Shown piece after piece: positions 1 to 9,571 of a DNA stretch of 64,000 bases. Position 1 is the first letter of the stretch. Every line of letters begins with the position of its first letter. Under the pieces are notes generated by a model. The model saw only the letters and a list, made by a program, of their open reading frames with translations, searched no databases and was not told where the DNA came from. The position numbers and the translations under genes were made by a program. Source of the DNA: Patescibacteria group bacterium (lineage in GTDB: Bacteria > Patescibacteriota > Kazan-3B-28). The stretch spans positions 32,559-96,558 of the forward strand of contig JBAZNQ010000001.1 of assembly GCA_041649135.1 (NCBI GenBank), given 5' to 3'.

Positions 1-10
1 TCAAATATTT

Positions 11-105
11 ATACGATTCTGGATGCGGTCGCCGTGGCGACCTTACCAGAATGACGAGGAGAAAAATAGATTCCGGACTAAATCCGGAATGACAAGGGAG
101 GGGTG
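11..105. repeat. MITE-like palindromic element, GTCATTC/GAATGAC family (attctgg...ccagaatgac; attccgg...ccggaatgac)
   Basis: Inverted repeats visible in sequence. Same family recurs at 5345, 5932-6300, 14263, 15405, 16470, 26395, 30926 and 51945. Confidence 0.55.
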
Positions 106-189
106 GCCGGAAGGACAGTCCCCAAAATGTGCCCGTAGGGCGCTACCATAACTTTTCACTTATCACTTTTAACTTTTCACTTTTCTGAT

Positions 190-1398
190 ATGACAGAAAC
201 CAAACCATTACGAATCGGAGTAGATCTGCGGCCGCTTCTCACCGGACAAATTTCCGGGATCGAACAGTATACGATTTCGGTACTGTCTGAACTTTTACGC
301 ATCGATCACGACAACACGTACGTGTTGTTTTATGTTCGGTATCAGGATTTAGAACGGAATTTTCTGGAGTTATTGGAGCGGTATCCGATTCTAAAAAGTT
401 CCAATGTTGAAATTCGTCCGTTAAAGTGGGTCAACATTCCCCTGCTGCTTCACGCTACTTTTAAACCGCTTAACTGGCCCAAAGCCGATTTAGTTTGTGG
501 CGGGCTGGACGTGATGTGGATGCCATCGCCGATGTTGCTACCGGTCTCTCGCCACTGCGCCAAAATTACTACCGTTCACGATTTAATTTTTCAACTTTTC
601 CCCCAGTTTTTCACCTTAAAATCGCGGATTTGGCAGTGGCAAATGAATTATGCCTATGAGGCGCGCACTTCCGACCGAGTGATCGCCGTTTCCAATAACA
701 CCAAGCGCGATATGGTGAAATATTGGCACATCAACCCTAGTCAGATCGAAGTGATTTACGAAGGTGTTGATAAAAATTATTTTAATTCACCGGATGAAAA
801 ATTGTTTGCCGAACTTAAACAACGATGGAAATTATCGGAGCAATACATTTATTTTGTCGGCAGCGTGGAACCGCGCAAAAATCTCATCACAGTTGTCCGT
901 GCTTTACATCAATTACGCTCACAGAACAATGATACAATCAAGTTAGTAGTTTCCGGCGGAAAAAGCTGGTTAACTAGTGAACTTTATCAAACAATTACCG
1001 ACCTGGGTTTACAGGACGATGTTATCTTCACCGGTCGGGTAAAAGAGGCTGAAAAAATTGCCTTGTTTCAGCATGCCCTGGTCTTTGCTTTCCCATCATT
1101 TTATGAAGGTTTTGGCTTGATGGTGCTAGAAGCATTTGCCGCCGGTTGTCCGGTGATTTCCAGCAACGTTTCAGCCCTGCCGGAAATTGTTGGTAATGCT
1201 GGTATCCTGATCGCTCCCATCGATGTCGCTGCCCTTGCCCATCACATTCAAGATTTATCTCACCATCCTGCTTGCCGCGCTGAATTAATTGCCAAAGGCA
1301 AAGACACTGCGCGTCAGTTCACTTGGGAAGCTACTGCCAAACAAACTTTACAAATTATTCAGCTGGCAGCCAGATATAGAGAGAATGACAAAAAATAA
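190..1398 (+). CDS. Glycosyltransferase, GT4 family (GT-B fold, glycosyl transferase group 1)
   Basis: 402 aa. C-terminal motif EGFGLMVLEAFAAGCPVISSN is typical of group-1 glycosyltransferases. Preceded by a TTCACT-repeat leader. Confidence 0.8.
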   Translation: MTETKPLRIGVDLRPLLTGQISGIEQYTISVLSELLRIDHDNTYVLFYVRYQDLERNFLELLERYPILKSSNVEIRPLKWVNIPLLLHATFKPLNWPKADLVCGGLDVMWMPSPMLLPVSRHCAKITTVHDLIFQLFPQFFTLKSRIWQWQMNYAYEARTSDRVIAVSNNTKRDMVKYWHINPSQIEVIYEGVDKNYFNSPDEKLFAELKQRWKLSEQYIYFVGSVEPRKNLITVVRALHQLRSQNNDTIKLVVSGGKSWLTSELYQTITDLGLQDDVIFTGRVKEAEKIALFQHALVFAFPSFYEGFGLMVLEAFAAGCPVISSNVSALPEIVGNAGILIAPIDVAALAHHIQDLSHHPACRAELIAKGKDTARQFTWEATAKQTLQIIQLAARYRENDKK

Positions 1399-1432
1399 TA
1401 AATAGAAATAATTTTGGTGAGATTGGTGAAGA

Positions 1433-3457
1433 TTGGATAAATTGGTGAGATTTATTCTTATGTCTGATAAATATTATTACGCCAAACCAAAATCGAAATC
1501 ACGACTGTCGTACGGTCGGATTCCGGTCAGAACCGAAGACGAAAATATTCCGTCAGTTTTACAATTTCAGGCTCGTGGTCAAATTATGGATTTGGCATTT
1601 GTTGGTGAACAAGCTAGACGCATCCCATCCATTGCCCGACCCATCACTTGGTTGTGGTTAAAGATTGCCTTGTTGGTTCTTTTGGGTCTGCTAACTTATA
1701 CCGCTAGTGTGGCGTTGTATGGTGGCGCTAGTCAGATAAAAAAAGATACTGTGGGAACGGTGAATAAAGCTGTTGCCAAAATCGAAGCCGCCGCCCAAGC
1801 TGTTACTCTCCAAAATCTACCCGAGGCTAAACAAGATCTGATTGCCGCTGAAAATCTCTTTGCTACTGCCCAAAAAGATATTTTGTCTTTGGGACAAACC
1901 AATTTGTATATGTCAGGACTGGCTGGCGATAATTTTCAGATCATTGCTGGACAAAAATTAATTGATGCCGGACTAAATCTCGCTCAAGGCGGCCAGTTGT
2001 TAATCACTACTGCCGAACCAGCCCTACAATATTTCAATAGCGCTAATTCTACTTCCGGAACTATTAACGCTCAAACTACCCAAGATTTTCTCCCGCAGAT
2101 TATTCAAATGTTTTCTGCGAGTGTCCCCAACCTCGATAAAGCTCTAGTCAAAATCACCAAAGCTGACAACTTGCTCCAATCAATTCAACCTGACGCATTG
2201 GGGCCGGATTACACCACTACGCTCAAATTAGCTCAAGGCAAGGCCGCCACTCTCTCCGACGCGGTGGCAATGATGGATGTGCTGGCAAAACAATTGCCAC
2301 GGGCTCTCGGCTATCCTAATCCCCGCTCCTATCTGATCCTCAATCAAAACGACACCGAGCTTCGTCCCACAGGTGGTTTTATGGGGAGTGTGGCGATCTT
2401 GACGCTTCATCGTGGTAAAATTACCGATTTTTATGTTGATGACACTTATCGGATTGACGGTCAGCTTGCCGCTGCTCAAACTGGTGAAAAAGTTATCCCA
2501 AACGCCAATTTCGATCCGGATTTTCCATCCTCGGCAAAATACATTACCAAGCTTTATGAAGAAGCTGGTGGTGGAACACCAGACGGTGTAATCGCAATTA
2601 ACACCCAAGTGATGTCGGCATTTATGCAAGTCATTGGCGACATTGAATTGCCCAATCGCAAGCTAACTGTTACGTCAGATAATTTTGCCGAAGTTATTTA
2701 CGGCGAAATTCAAAAAGTCGAAAAGACTAGTACTCCCAAAGCCGTGTTGTCAGAACTTAGTCCGATCCTGATGCAAAAAATAATGTCGATGAGCCGTGAA
2801 GATATGAATCAATTAATGCCACTATTAGTTGATCAGCTGACCAAAAAAAATATTATGATTTACAGTCGGACATCGGATCTGGAAAAAATTCTCGCAACTC
2901 TGGATTGGTCGGGTGAACTTTATCAAACCGCTCCCAAACAGGATTATTTAATGATTGCGCGGGCCAACATGGGCGCCGTCAAAAGCAGCTATAACATTCA
3001 GGACGATATTCAACATCAGGTGAATATCAGCTCAACTGGAGAAATTACCGAAAAATTAATTCTCACCTACGTTCATACTGGCACTGGCAAAAAACCCGAT
3101 GGTACTAATAAAGATTATATTCGGGTTTATTTGCCGCAAGGTACGACAGTAAAAAATATTATTGGCTATGATATTGCGGAAAAAGTTGTTACTGAACCGG
3201 CTCATGAAAAAACTTTCTTTGGCTTTTATGTAACGACTGAACCAAATGAAACCAAAAAGATAATTTTAGATTATCAACTCCCCTTCACCCTCAACCTCGA
3301 AAAAGGGGAGAGCTACTCTGTCTACATCCAAAAACAAGCCGGTACCATTAATACTACCCTGACTTCCACTCTGAAAGCCCCCTCTACTGGCTTAAATGTT
3401 GCTGGTGCTATCAAAGACCTCTTCCGCGGGAGCTTTGTAGGGGATTTGAGTTTGTAA
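1433..3457 (+). CDS. DUF4012-domain membrane-anchored extracellular protein
   Basis: 674 aa with one N-terminal TM helix (ITWLWLKIALLVLLGLLTYTASVALYG). Contains the LNQNDTELRPTGGFMGSVA motif characteristic of DUF4012. The start may instead be the ATG at 1460. Confidence 0.6.
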   Translation: MDKLVRFILMSDKYYYAKPKSKSRLSYGRIPVRTEDENIPSVLQFQARGQIMDLAFVGEQARRIPSIARPITWLWLKIALLVLLGLLTYTASVALYGGASQIKKDTVGTVNKAVAKIEAAAQAVTLQNLPEAKQDLIAAENLFATAQKDILSLGQTNLYMSGLAGDNFQIIAGQKLIDAGLNLAQGGQLLITTAEPALQYFNSANSTSGTINAQTTQDFLPQIIQMFSASVPNLDKALVKITKADNLLQSIQPDALGPDYTTTLKLAQGKAATLSDAVAMMDVLAKQLPRALGYPNPRSYLILNQNDTELRPTGGFMGSVAILTLHRGKITDFYVDDTYRIDGQLAAAQTGEKVIPNANFDPDFPSSAKYITKLYEEAGGGTPDGVIAINTQVMSAFMQVIGDIELPNRKLTVTSDNFAEVIYGEIQKVEKTSTPKAVLSELSPILMQKIMSMSREDMNQLMPLLVDQLTKKNIMIYSRTSDLEKILATLDWSGELYQTAPKQDYLMIARANMGAVKSSYNIQDDIQHQVNISSTGEITEKLILTYVHTGTGKKPDGTNKDYIRVYLPQGTTVKNIIGYDIAEKVVTEPAHEKTFFGFYVTTEPNETKKIILDYQLPFTLNLEKGESYSVYIQKQAGTINTTLTSTLKAPSTGLNVAGAIKDLFRGSFVGDLSL

Positions 3458-4246
3458 AAAAACATCATCCACATTGTCGAGGATACTTTGTTCGATGATT
3501 TTTTTGGCTAGCTGCCCCCGGATAAATCGTGACTGATAACTCGGTGAGCGTTCAATTTCAACCATCACCAAAATGTTGGGTTGCACACCAGAGGGAAGGG
3601 TGACGCCATCGATTTTTGCTTTTAATTCGGATTCCTTACCAACACTAATGTTACCAAGACGCGTTCTCAGATCGGTATAACCCTGTATCATACCAACGAC
3701 CAGATCGGTTTTACTGTCTATAATCGGTGCTCCACTTGATCGATGATAGTGTTCGAATGAAGTTTCAAAAATCTCGTCGTCCATTAAGGAGCGGATATAA
3801 CCACTTTCAAAGCGTAATGTAGGTGGGGTAATCTCAAATCGAATATATGGGCTAGTTTCACCATAATGCCAAGCTCTTATCGGACTACCAATTTTGAGGG
3901 GTATCTCATCGCTTAAGTTTAGCCAACCATATGGCTTCAGATTACCCAAAACGCGACCGTAACAGATGTCAAAGTTGGCTAAATACAAGTTTAATTCAGA
4001 ATGTGGATTATAGTTGATTTTTAATAATGGGGAATCAGAAAGTGGGTTGCTTCTAAAAAATTGCGCGCGCAACAAACTAGAATCTTCCAGTTTCTCCGTA
4101 CTTTCATTTTCGAATACATGCCGTGCTGTTAAAAATCCTCCACTACTATCCACCAAAAATCCGGTGCCGAAATGACCCTGGGAAGTATTTCCTCCATCAG
4201 CGCGAGTTAAAGCAAAAACTGCTTTATGGTCATTGAAAGAATTCAT
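3392..4246 (-). CDS. Trypsin-like serine protease (S1 family)
   Basis: 284 aa. His motif TARHV and Ser motif SSGAPII (GDSGGP-like). The 3' end overlaps the preceding convergent gene by 66 nt. Confidence 0.7.
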   Translation of the reverse strand: MNSFNDHKAVFALTRADGGNTSQGHFGTGFLVDSSGGFLTARHVFENESTEKLEDSSLLRAQFFRSNPLSDSPLLKINYNPHSELNLYLANFDICYGRVLGNLKPYGWLNLSDEIPLKIGSPIRAWHYGETSPYIRFEITPPTLRFESGYIRSLMDDEIFETSFEHYHRSSGAPIIDSKTDLVVGMIQGYTDLRTRLGNISVGKESELKAKIDGVTLPSGVQPNILVMVEIERSPSYQSRFIRGQLAKKIIEQSILDNVDDVFLQTQIPYKAPAEEVFDSTSNI

Positions 4247-4253
4247 CCAAGTC

Positions 4254-4961
4254 TTATCTTACTTTTAAGTTCACCAATAGACCGCGTAGAATTTCTTTCG
4301 ACACTGGACGTCCAACTGCGATACCAGCTGAAATCTTAAAATTAGGATCGGTTTGTGACTGGTTGGTAATGTGACCAGACATAATCCCAATAACTTCACC
4401 ATTTTCTATCGAGGCAATTGGAGAGCCACTAAGGCCTGGATTGCTGTGCTTGTCAACAGCAAAGAATGACAACTCTCCATTGTTGGCATCTCTTTTTACT
4501 GAACTGATCATAGCACTGTGACTAGTAACGGTTAGTCCCCAGCCCATCTGCAATAGTGAATCTGCTAGCGGAAATCCAACAAACATTACATCACCTCCGG
4601 CAACCATCTCATCCGGGTTACCTAAATCGGCAGGAGTAGCCAGCAATACGTTGCTTACTCTAAATAACATGAGATCACGCGCGGCATCGACAACGACTGG
4701 CGCATCAAGTTTACACGCCGTGTAGCTGTCCAGTTTCTTGCCATCGGTCCCGTTGTAAAGCAGGATTCCTACATATGGTCGATCATTCTCTGGTATTCCG
4801 TTCCAAACATGGGCATTGGATACAATAAACTTTTCTTCGTCAATCTCTACCAAAAAACCAGTTCCCAATGTACGCAACTGTGTCGCTTTACCATCAGTTT
4901 TACTTACTACGAGTAAGCCAACCGAAGGGACGATTGTTTTAATTAATTCGGGTTTGTCCAT
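4254..4961 (-). CDS. Trypsin-like serine protease (S1 family), tandem paralog
   Basis: 235 aa. Motifs SNAHV and GLSGSPI. Lies 7 nt upstream of the second protease on the same strand. Confidence 0.7.
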   Translation of the reverse strand: MDKPELIKTIVPSVGLLVVSKTDGKATQLRTLGTGFLVEIDEEKFIVSNAHVWNGIPENDRPYVGILLYNGTDGKKLDSYTACKLDAPVVVDAARDLMLFRVSNVLLATPADLGNPDEMVAGGDVMFVGFPLADSLLQMGWGLTVTSHSAMISSVKRDANNGELSFFAVDKHSNPGLSGSPIASIENGEVIGIMSGHITNQSQTDPNFKISAGIAVGRPVSKEILRGLLVNLKVR

Positions 4962-5472
4962 GATAATTATGATAATCGATTATAACCAACTGCGTATTGT
5001 ACTCCCTCGAATCACCTTATGCAAAATTCTCCGCCATTGGAGCTTGGAACGTCAGACATTCCTTGAACATTCTTATCTAATCCGGCCCTTCAACGGAGGG
5101 TCGTCTTGAAATGAGCTAAATCTCTAGTGGGTGAAGCTGTTGTTTGATCCCGCCAGACTTGCCAAAGGCGAGCTGGGAACCGGTTGCTAAATGCAACCGG
5201 CGGGAGAGTTCAGCGAGAACGCCCAGAGATTTAGCCAATGAATAGACCCGCAGTTGCGGGCCACGGCTTTGGATACTTTCCCCAAGAGGAAAGTAACCGC
5301 GATCCAAGCGTCGCGGAGACGCTTGAAACAGAAACAAATTAAGAAAATGGATTCCTGCCTCCGCAGGAATGACAAGGAAAAAAAGAGCAAAAACCCCACG
5401 AAGTGGTAAACTTAAGGTAGAAATTGCTCTCTAATTGGGGTCGAATCTATATCAACCAATCGAGGTTAGATT
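4962..5472. other. Long (510-nt) hairpin-rich divergent intergenic region; candidate structured RNA or UTR
   Basis: Multiple stem-loops (ccggttgctaaatgcaaccgg, cgcgatccaagcgtcgcg, ctttccccaagaggaaag) plus one GTCATTCC-family hairpin at 5345-5375. No tmRNA, RNase P or SRP consensus could be recognised by eye. Confidence 0.3.
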
Positions 5473-5856
5473 ATGACTTCTCTTGAAATTATTATCTTGG
5501 TTTTCGCTGGTTTGATAATTGCGCTGGGTGCTGCCATGTTACTGCGTCCCCACCAACTTTCCAAAATCTTGATGGAGATGATGGATGAACCTAGCGAAAT
5601 CTTTAGTCTTGGTGTCATGACCCTGATTCTTGGTCTGGTAGTTTTGGGTATCACCGGTTATTCCGTTACGTGGGAAAGCACGCTTTGGATCGCTCCGCTG
5701 TTAGGTTGGATCGCCACGATAAAAGGTGCTCTGCTAATCCTGATGCCTGACGTCGTTAAGCCAATTGCCAAGCCGCTGTATAAGGCCAACGGTATGATGA
5801 TGTTTGCCGGCTTTATCGCTTTGGTGATTGGTGTTTGGCTGTTCTATCTCCTGTAA
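5473..5856 (+). CDS. Small integral membrane protein (4 predicted TM helices), function unknown
   Basis: 127 aa and hydrophobic. A GAGGT Shine-Dalgarno-like sequence lies 8 nt upstream. Confidence 0.5.
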   Translation: MTSLEIIILVFAGLIIALGAAMLLRPHQLSKILMEMMDEPSEIFSLGVMTLILGLVVLGITGYSVTWESTLWIAPLLGWIATIKGALLILMPDVVKPIAKPLYKANGMMMFAGFIALVIGVWLFYLL

Positions 5857-5931
5857 TTATCTTCAATTAAAAGCCGCCCTAAACATAGCCAAAGGGCGGC
5901 TTTTTAATTCCTAATCTATTCCTTAGTTTTC

Positions 5932-6300
5932 CGTCATCCCCGACCCGCTTGCCCGCCTCTGGAGGGATCGGGGATCCAGAAAGAAACAATTAATATTTTT
6001 TTACTGTCTGGATTCCCGCCTACCTGCCCGAAGTGCTACCAGCCCGCAGTAGATACAGCGTTTCTGGCGGGCATCGTTGCAGGCGGGCGCGGGAATGACA
6101 GTTAGGGTTGGGCTAGATCCTTCGACTTCGCTTGGGATGACAAAGAAGGAGAGATTGCTTCCTGCCCGAATCGCTACGCCAGCCCGCAGTAGACACAGTG
6201 TCTCTGGCGGGCGAATCGTTGCGGGCGGGCGTCATTACACTTCTCGCAATGACAAAAAAGAAAGGATGACAGATTAAGGTAGTCCCTCCCCTCGGCAAGC
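5932..6300. repeat. Cluster of MITE-like palindromic elements (GTCATCCCCG...CGGGAATGAC family) with nested inverted repeats
   Basis: Terminal and nested inverted repeats are visible. The small ORFs in the track here are on both strands and likely spurious. Confidence 0.6.
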
Positions 6301-6364
6301 TCGGGACAGGCTCGTTCGTTGGGAATACAAAAAAGCGCCGATTGGCGCCACCACAACTTTTTCA

Positions 6365-6437
6365 TCGCAGATCCTTCCGTCGGCACGTCAACCATAGCTT
6401 TAGCGACGGTGGAAGCTTTAGCGTAGGAGGACTACCC
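6365..6437 (+). ncRNA. Conserved ~70-nt structured element, copy 1 of 3 (GATCCTYCC...TAGCTTTAGCG...GGAGGACTACC)
   Basis: Homologous to 32957-33025 and 42426-42494. The inner stem is CCGTCG/CGACGG here versus CCTTCG/CGAAG in the other copies (compensatory change). Confidence 0.4.
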
Positions 6438-6502
6438 AAACCTATTTCTCTACTCTCTATTCACTATTCACTATCCCTAATCCCTAGATACCAGGCTAGA
6501 TA

Positions 6503-6850
6503 CTACTCTGTTACTTGCTTGACTACCCGCTCGAAAACTTCCGGATGTTGAGTAGCTAGTTGGGCCAAGATTTTTCTATCAAGAATGATCTTTTTGGCTA
6601 CCATCGCTTGGATAAACCGGCTGTATTTAATATCCATTCCACCCAAAGCCGCATTGATCCGATTGATCCACAAAGCCCGAAACTCCCGCTTTTTGTTTCT
6701 GCGATCACGATAGGAATAAGACAGCGCCTTCATCAAGGCTTCTTTTGCTCGCTTGATGTTAGTTCGGCGCAGTCCTCTAAAACCCTTCGTTGCGGCGAGT
6801 ACTTTCTTGTGCTTTCTGCGAACTACTTTTCCCCGTTTAATTCTGGCCAT
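6503..6850 (-). CDS. rplT: 50S ribosomal protein L20
   Basis: 115 aa, MARIKRGKVVRRKHKK... Forms an infC-rpmI-rplT operon. Has a CT-rich leader (tctctcatctctcatctc). Confidence 0.95.
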   Translation of the reverse strand: MARIKRGKVVRRKHKKVLAATKGFRGLRRTNIKRAKEALMKALSYSYRDRRNKKREFRALWINRINAALGGMDIKYSRFIQAMVAKKIILDRKILAQLATQHPEVFERVVKQVTE

Positions 6851-6922
6851 AGTGGATAGAGATGAGAGATGAGAGATGAGAGATGTAGGGTAAAACCTAT
6901 TCTCTACACTCTATTCTCTTAT

Positions 6923-7120
6923 TTATATTTTTCCCAACATTCTTTTGACTCTGGCAACATCAACAGCAGAAACCTGTGCCGGTTGAGCGCTTCGTCTTTT
7001 GCGGTCAGGCGACTTGTTAGTCAGCTTATGCGCGCCATAAGAACGACGACGAGCCAATTTGCCGGTCTTGGTAACGCTAAACCTCTTAGCTGCCGTTTTG
7101 TGAGTCTTAATCTTGGGCAT
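6923..7120 (-). CDS. rpmI: 50S ribosomal protein L35
   Basis: 65 aa, MPKIKTHKTAAKRF... Confidence 0.9.
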   Translation of the reverse strand: MPKIKTHKTAAKRFSVTKTGKLARRRSYGAHKLTNKSPDRKRRSAQPAQVSAVDVARVKRMLGKI

Positions 7121-7251
7121 AACAACAAACAGTGAAAAGTTAACAGTTAATAGTGAAAGGTTATGGTGTGAAATATATCTAGTCGATTAAGGAGAGAATC
7201 AAACGCCGTAGGCGTCACCTCAACTATTCACTATTCACCTCGGTCGGCCTC

Positions 7252-7776
7252 CTACTTCGTCGGCGCAATGATGATATGGATACTTCGTCCCTGACGAATT
7301 GGAGCTTGTTCCATTTTAGCTTTATCGCGTAACCTGTCAACCAGCTTTTCTAGGACCTCATGTCCCAGCTCCATGTGAGCCATTTGGCGTCCCCTGAACA
7401 TCACCGAGGCCTTCACCTTATGACCGAGCCCTAGGAACTTCTCCGCCTGTTTCACTTTTACCTGTAAATCATGGTCGCCGATCATCGGCCCGAGTCGGAC
7501 TTCCTTGACGATCACCTCCTTATGATGTTTCTTCTGCCGCTGTTGAGCTTTGGTCAAATCATATTTGTATTTGCCCAAGTCCAGAATTTTTGCCACCGGT
7601 GGATTAGCATTGGGAGATACCTCTACCAAATCCATCTCTGCCGCCTCGGCCAATTTCATGGCTTCTTGTAAGGTCATTTCACCTCGTGGAGTGCCCTCAT
7701 GGTCAATCACAAACAGCCGAGAAGCTCGGATCATGTGATTGGCGCGGATTCTTGGTGGGGGAGTTGGTCTACTCAA
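7252..7776 (-). CDS. infC: Translation initiation factor IF-3. The true start is probably the internal ATG at 7734 (the N-terminus as drawn is over-extended).
   Basis: IF3 N- and C-terminal domain motifs (IRASRLFVIDHEGTPRGEMT...; MFRGRQMAHMELGHEVL). Confidence 0.85.
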   Translation of the reverse strand: MSRPTPPPRIRANHMIRASRLFVIDHEGTPRGEMTLQEAMKLAEAAEMDLVEVSPNANPPVAKILDLGKYKYDLTKAQQRQKKHHKEVIVKEVRLGPMIGDHDLQVKVKQAEKFLGLGHKVKASVMFRGRQMAHMELGHEVLEKLVDRLRDKAKMEQAPIRQGRSIHIIIAPTK

Positions 7777-7791
7777 TCTATCCTCAAACTA

Positions 7792-8592
7792 TCATTTCTT
7801 AGGTTTCTTGGCTACTTTTACCGGTATTTTTGGTACCAGTAATTCTACGTATTTGCTACAACCTTTTACTTCTACTGGCGTATATGCTGCAGTTTCATTA
7901 CCCATTAATACCGGCATTTTTCTGTCACCTTCAATTTCAATTTCATCTGCCCACAACTTGGTCGGATTTTTTGGTGAATCGGTAATAATTTCTAACCGAA
8001 GTTTTTTGCCACCTTTATCACTATTTAATTTAATCGTTAATTTTTGTAATGGCACAGTTAGTTGTAAATCTTCATCCACTTTTATTTCGGCGCTTACATT
8101 CATTGTCCGTTGCGTTTTTGTAGTGGTACCCAAAAACTTTTTTAACAAACCTTCGCCGCGCAGATATTTGCCCAACAAATTTTGATGCGACACAATTTCC
8201 AGACCATCAACAAAATAATGCTTCCCTAATTTTCCCAACCGGCGCTCGGTCTTATCTGGATTTGCCAACATTCGGCAGGCCATTTGCCAATTCTTAATTC
8301 CGAGGCTGTGAGCTAAATAGTTCGTTTTACCGACCGGAATAATTCCCAATGGCATGCCTTCATCTGCCATCGAATTAATGATGGTATTAACAGTCGCATT
8401 GCCGCCAACTGCTACGACACCGGTGATAGCAGTTTTTAGATTTTTTGTCAGCGCTTCTTCGACATCGATCAGATTATCTAGCTCAACTAGCGTAAATTTA
8501 ATTTTCAACCGCTCTAAATTAGCGAGCAGTCGATTCTTTATCTTCTGAAATCTTTTACCACCGGCTTCCGGATTGGCGAGAAGTAGATACAT
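7792..8592 (-). CDS. Lipid kinase, DAGK_cat / YegS-BmrU family (diacylglycerol kinase catalytic domain)
   Basis: 266 aa. The N-terminal region (MYLLLANPEAGGKRFQK...; GVVAVGGNATVN...; GIIPVGKTNYLAHSLGI) is a typical DAGK_cat ATP-NAD kinase fold. Confidence 0.65.
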   Translation of the reverse strand: MYLLLANPEAGGKRFQKIKNRLLANLERLKIKFTLVELDNLIDVEEALTKNLKTAITGVVAVGGNATVNTIINSMADEGMPLGIIPVGKTNYLAHSLGIKNWQMACRMLANPDKTERRLGKLGKHYFVDGLEIVSHQNLLGKYLRGEGLLKKFLGTTTKTQRTMNVSAEIKVDEDLQLTVPLQKLTIKLNSDKGGKKLRLEIITDSPKNPTKLWADEIEIEGDRKMPVLMGNETAAYTPVEVKGCSKYVELLVPKIPVKVAKKPKK

Positions 8593-8598
8593 AGGCTG

Positions 8599-9039
8599 TT
8601 AGGCGGCAGAAGTACCTTGCTCATCAGTTTCTTCCGACTTGGTTTCCTGTACTTCGTAAGTCGGTTCAGTTTCCGGACGTTCAGCTTCCACCTCGTGCAT
8701 TGTACTGGTGCCTTTTAAAATGCCACCCGATTCGATCGATAACGAAGAGGAGGCAACATTGCCGTCGACCTTGCCGGTCTCTAAAATTTCGATCTTGCCG
8801 AAGGCATTGATATCACCCTTCACTTCACCGGCCACATAGACGTTTTCTCCATTGATGTCGGCGTCTACCACGGCATGCTCACCGACCACCACGTCCTTTT
8901 TGGTCAGCAGTTTGCCCTTAAAATCTCCATTGATTTGAATGTCGCCCTCGGTCTGGAGAGTCCCGTCTACCTTAACCCCCCGGCCAATAATGGTGTCGGG
9001 GTTATTGAAATCGGCAAAATCTGCTCTGGTCTTAGCCAT
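8599..9039 (-). CDS. Bactofilin family cytoskeletal protein
   Basis: 146 aa with repetitive beta-helical G-x-V/I motifs (GDIQINGDFKGKLLTKKDVVVGEHAVVDADINGENVYVAGEVKGDINAFGKIEI) and an acidic C-terminal tail. Confidence 0.7.
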   Translation of the reverse strand: MAKTRADFADFNNPDTIIGRGVKVDGTLQTEGDIQINGDFKGKLLTKKDVVVGEHAVVDADINGENVYVAGEVKGDINAFGKIEILETGKVDGNVASSSLSIESGGILKGTSTMHEVEAERPETEPTYEVQETKSEETDEQGTSAA

Positions 9040-9117
9040 ACAACCTCCACAGTATAAGCCAAATTTGCCAAAAAAGTCAAAATGCCTTTCCTTGACTAAT
9101 CTGGTGGACAGGTTAGA

Positions 9118-9456
9118 GTGAGAGCGACAAAACTTAGTAGGAGGTGCACCTTGTTCAATTTCACCGAGCTTAAGCCACAGATTCCGACATGTGAGACACT
9201 CGAGGCCTTGAATAGTCTCACTGATCTCTTTAACACAGCAGTCCTCACCGGCAAAATTGCTGGTGACTTATTGGACAGAATCCCAGCTATTCGCGATGAG
9301 ATCAAACAGCGAGCTCACCAACTCCACGCCCAGTTGGTGACTGAAGCTGGTCGTCAGCTGGATAATGTTCTAAGGAGTAGTGATGACCTGATTGTCGCGA
9401 CGAATCGAATCCGGAACGACTCTCGGAGATCGTCGACTTCTCCTCCCTCCCGCTGA
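9118..9456 (+). CDS. Hypothetical protein
   Basis: 112-aa ORF with no recognisable motifs. Followed by an intrinsic terminator at 9486-9515. Confidence 0.3.
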   Translation: MRATKLSRRCTLFNFTELKPQIPTCETLEALNSLTDLFNTAVLTGKIAGDLLDRIPAIRDEIKQRAHQLHAQLVTEAGRQLDNVLRSSDDLIVATNRIRNDSRRSSTSPPSR

Positions 9457-9485
9457 ATCATGGTCCCATCTCTATTTCATCGCCT

Positions 9486-9515
9486 AATGCCCTGTCTCGC
9501 AGGGCATTTTCTTTT
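9486..9515 (+). terminator. Rho-independent terminator (aatgccctgtctcgcagggcattttctttt)
   Basis: GC stem followed by a T-run. Confidence 0.6.
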
Positions 9516-9571
9516 GACCAAACCTACCTTTTCTGCTAGGCTAGGGAAGACCTAAACAGGGGTTTTTAGAC

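Noticed and set aside
5116-5460. Possible tmRNA or RNase P RNA in the 510-nt spacer
   Set aside because: I looked for the tmRNA tRNA-like ends (GGGG…/…GGTTCGANTCC…CCA), a tag-peptide …ALAA-stop reading frame, RNase P P4 (GGAAAGTCCGGGC / ACAGAACCCGGCTTA) and SRP domain IV motifs on both strands. None is present. It is kept only as an unassigned structured region.
6077-6395. ORFs within the 5932-6300 repeat cluster
   Set aside because: They overlap each other on both strands inside palindromic MITE-like repeats, with GC-rich low-complexity translations.
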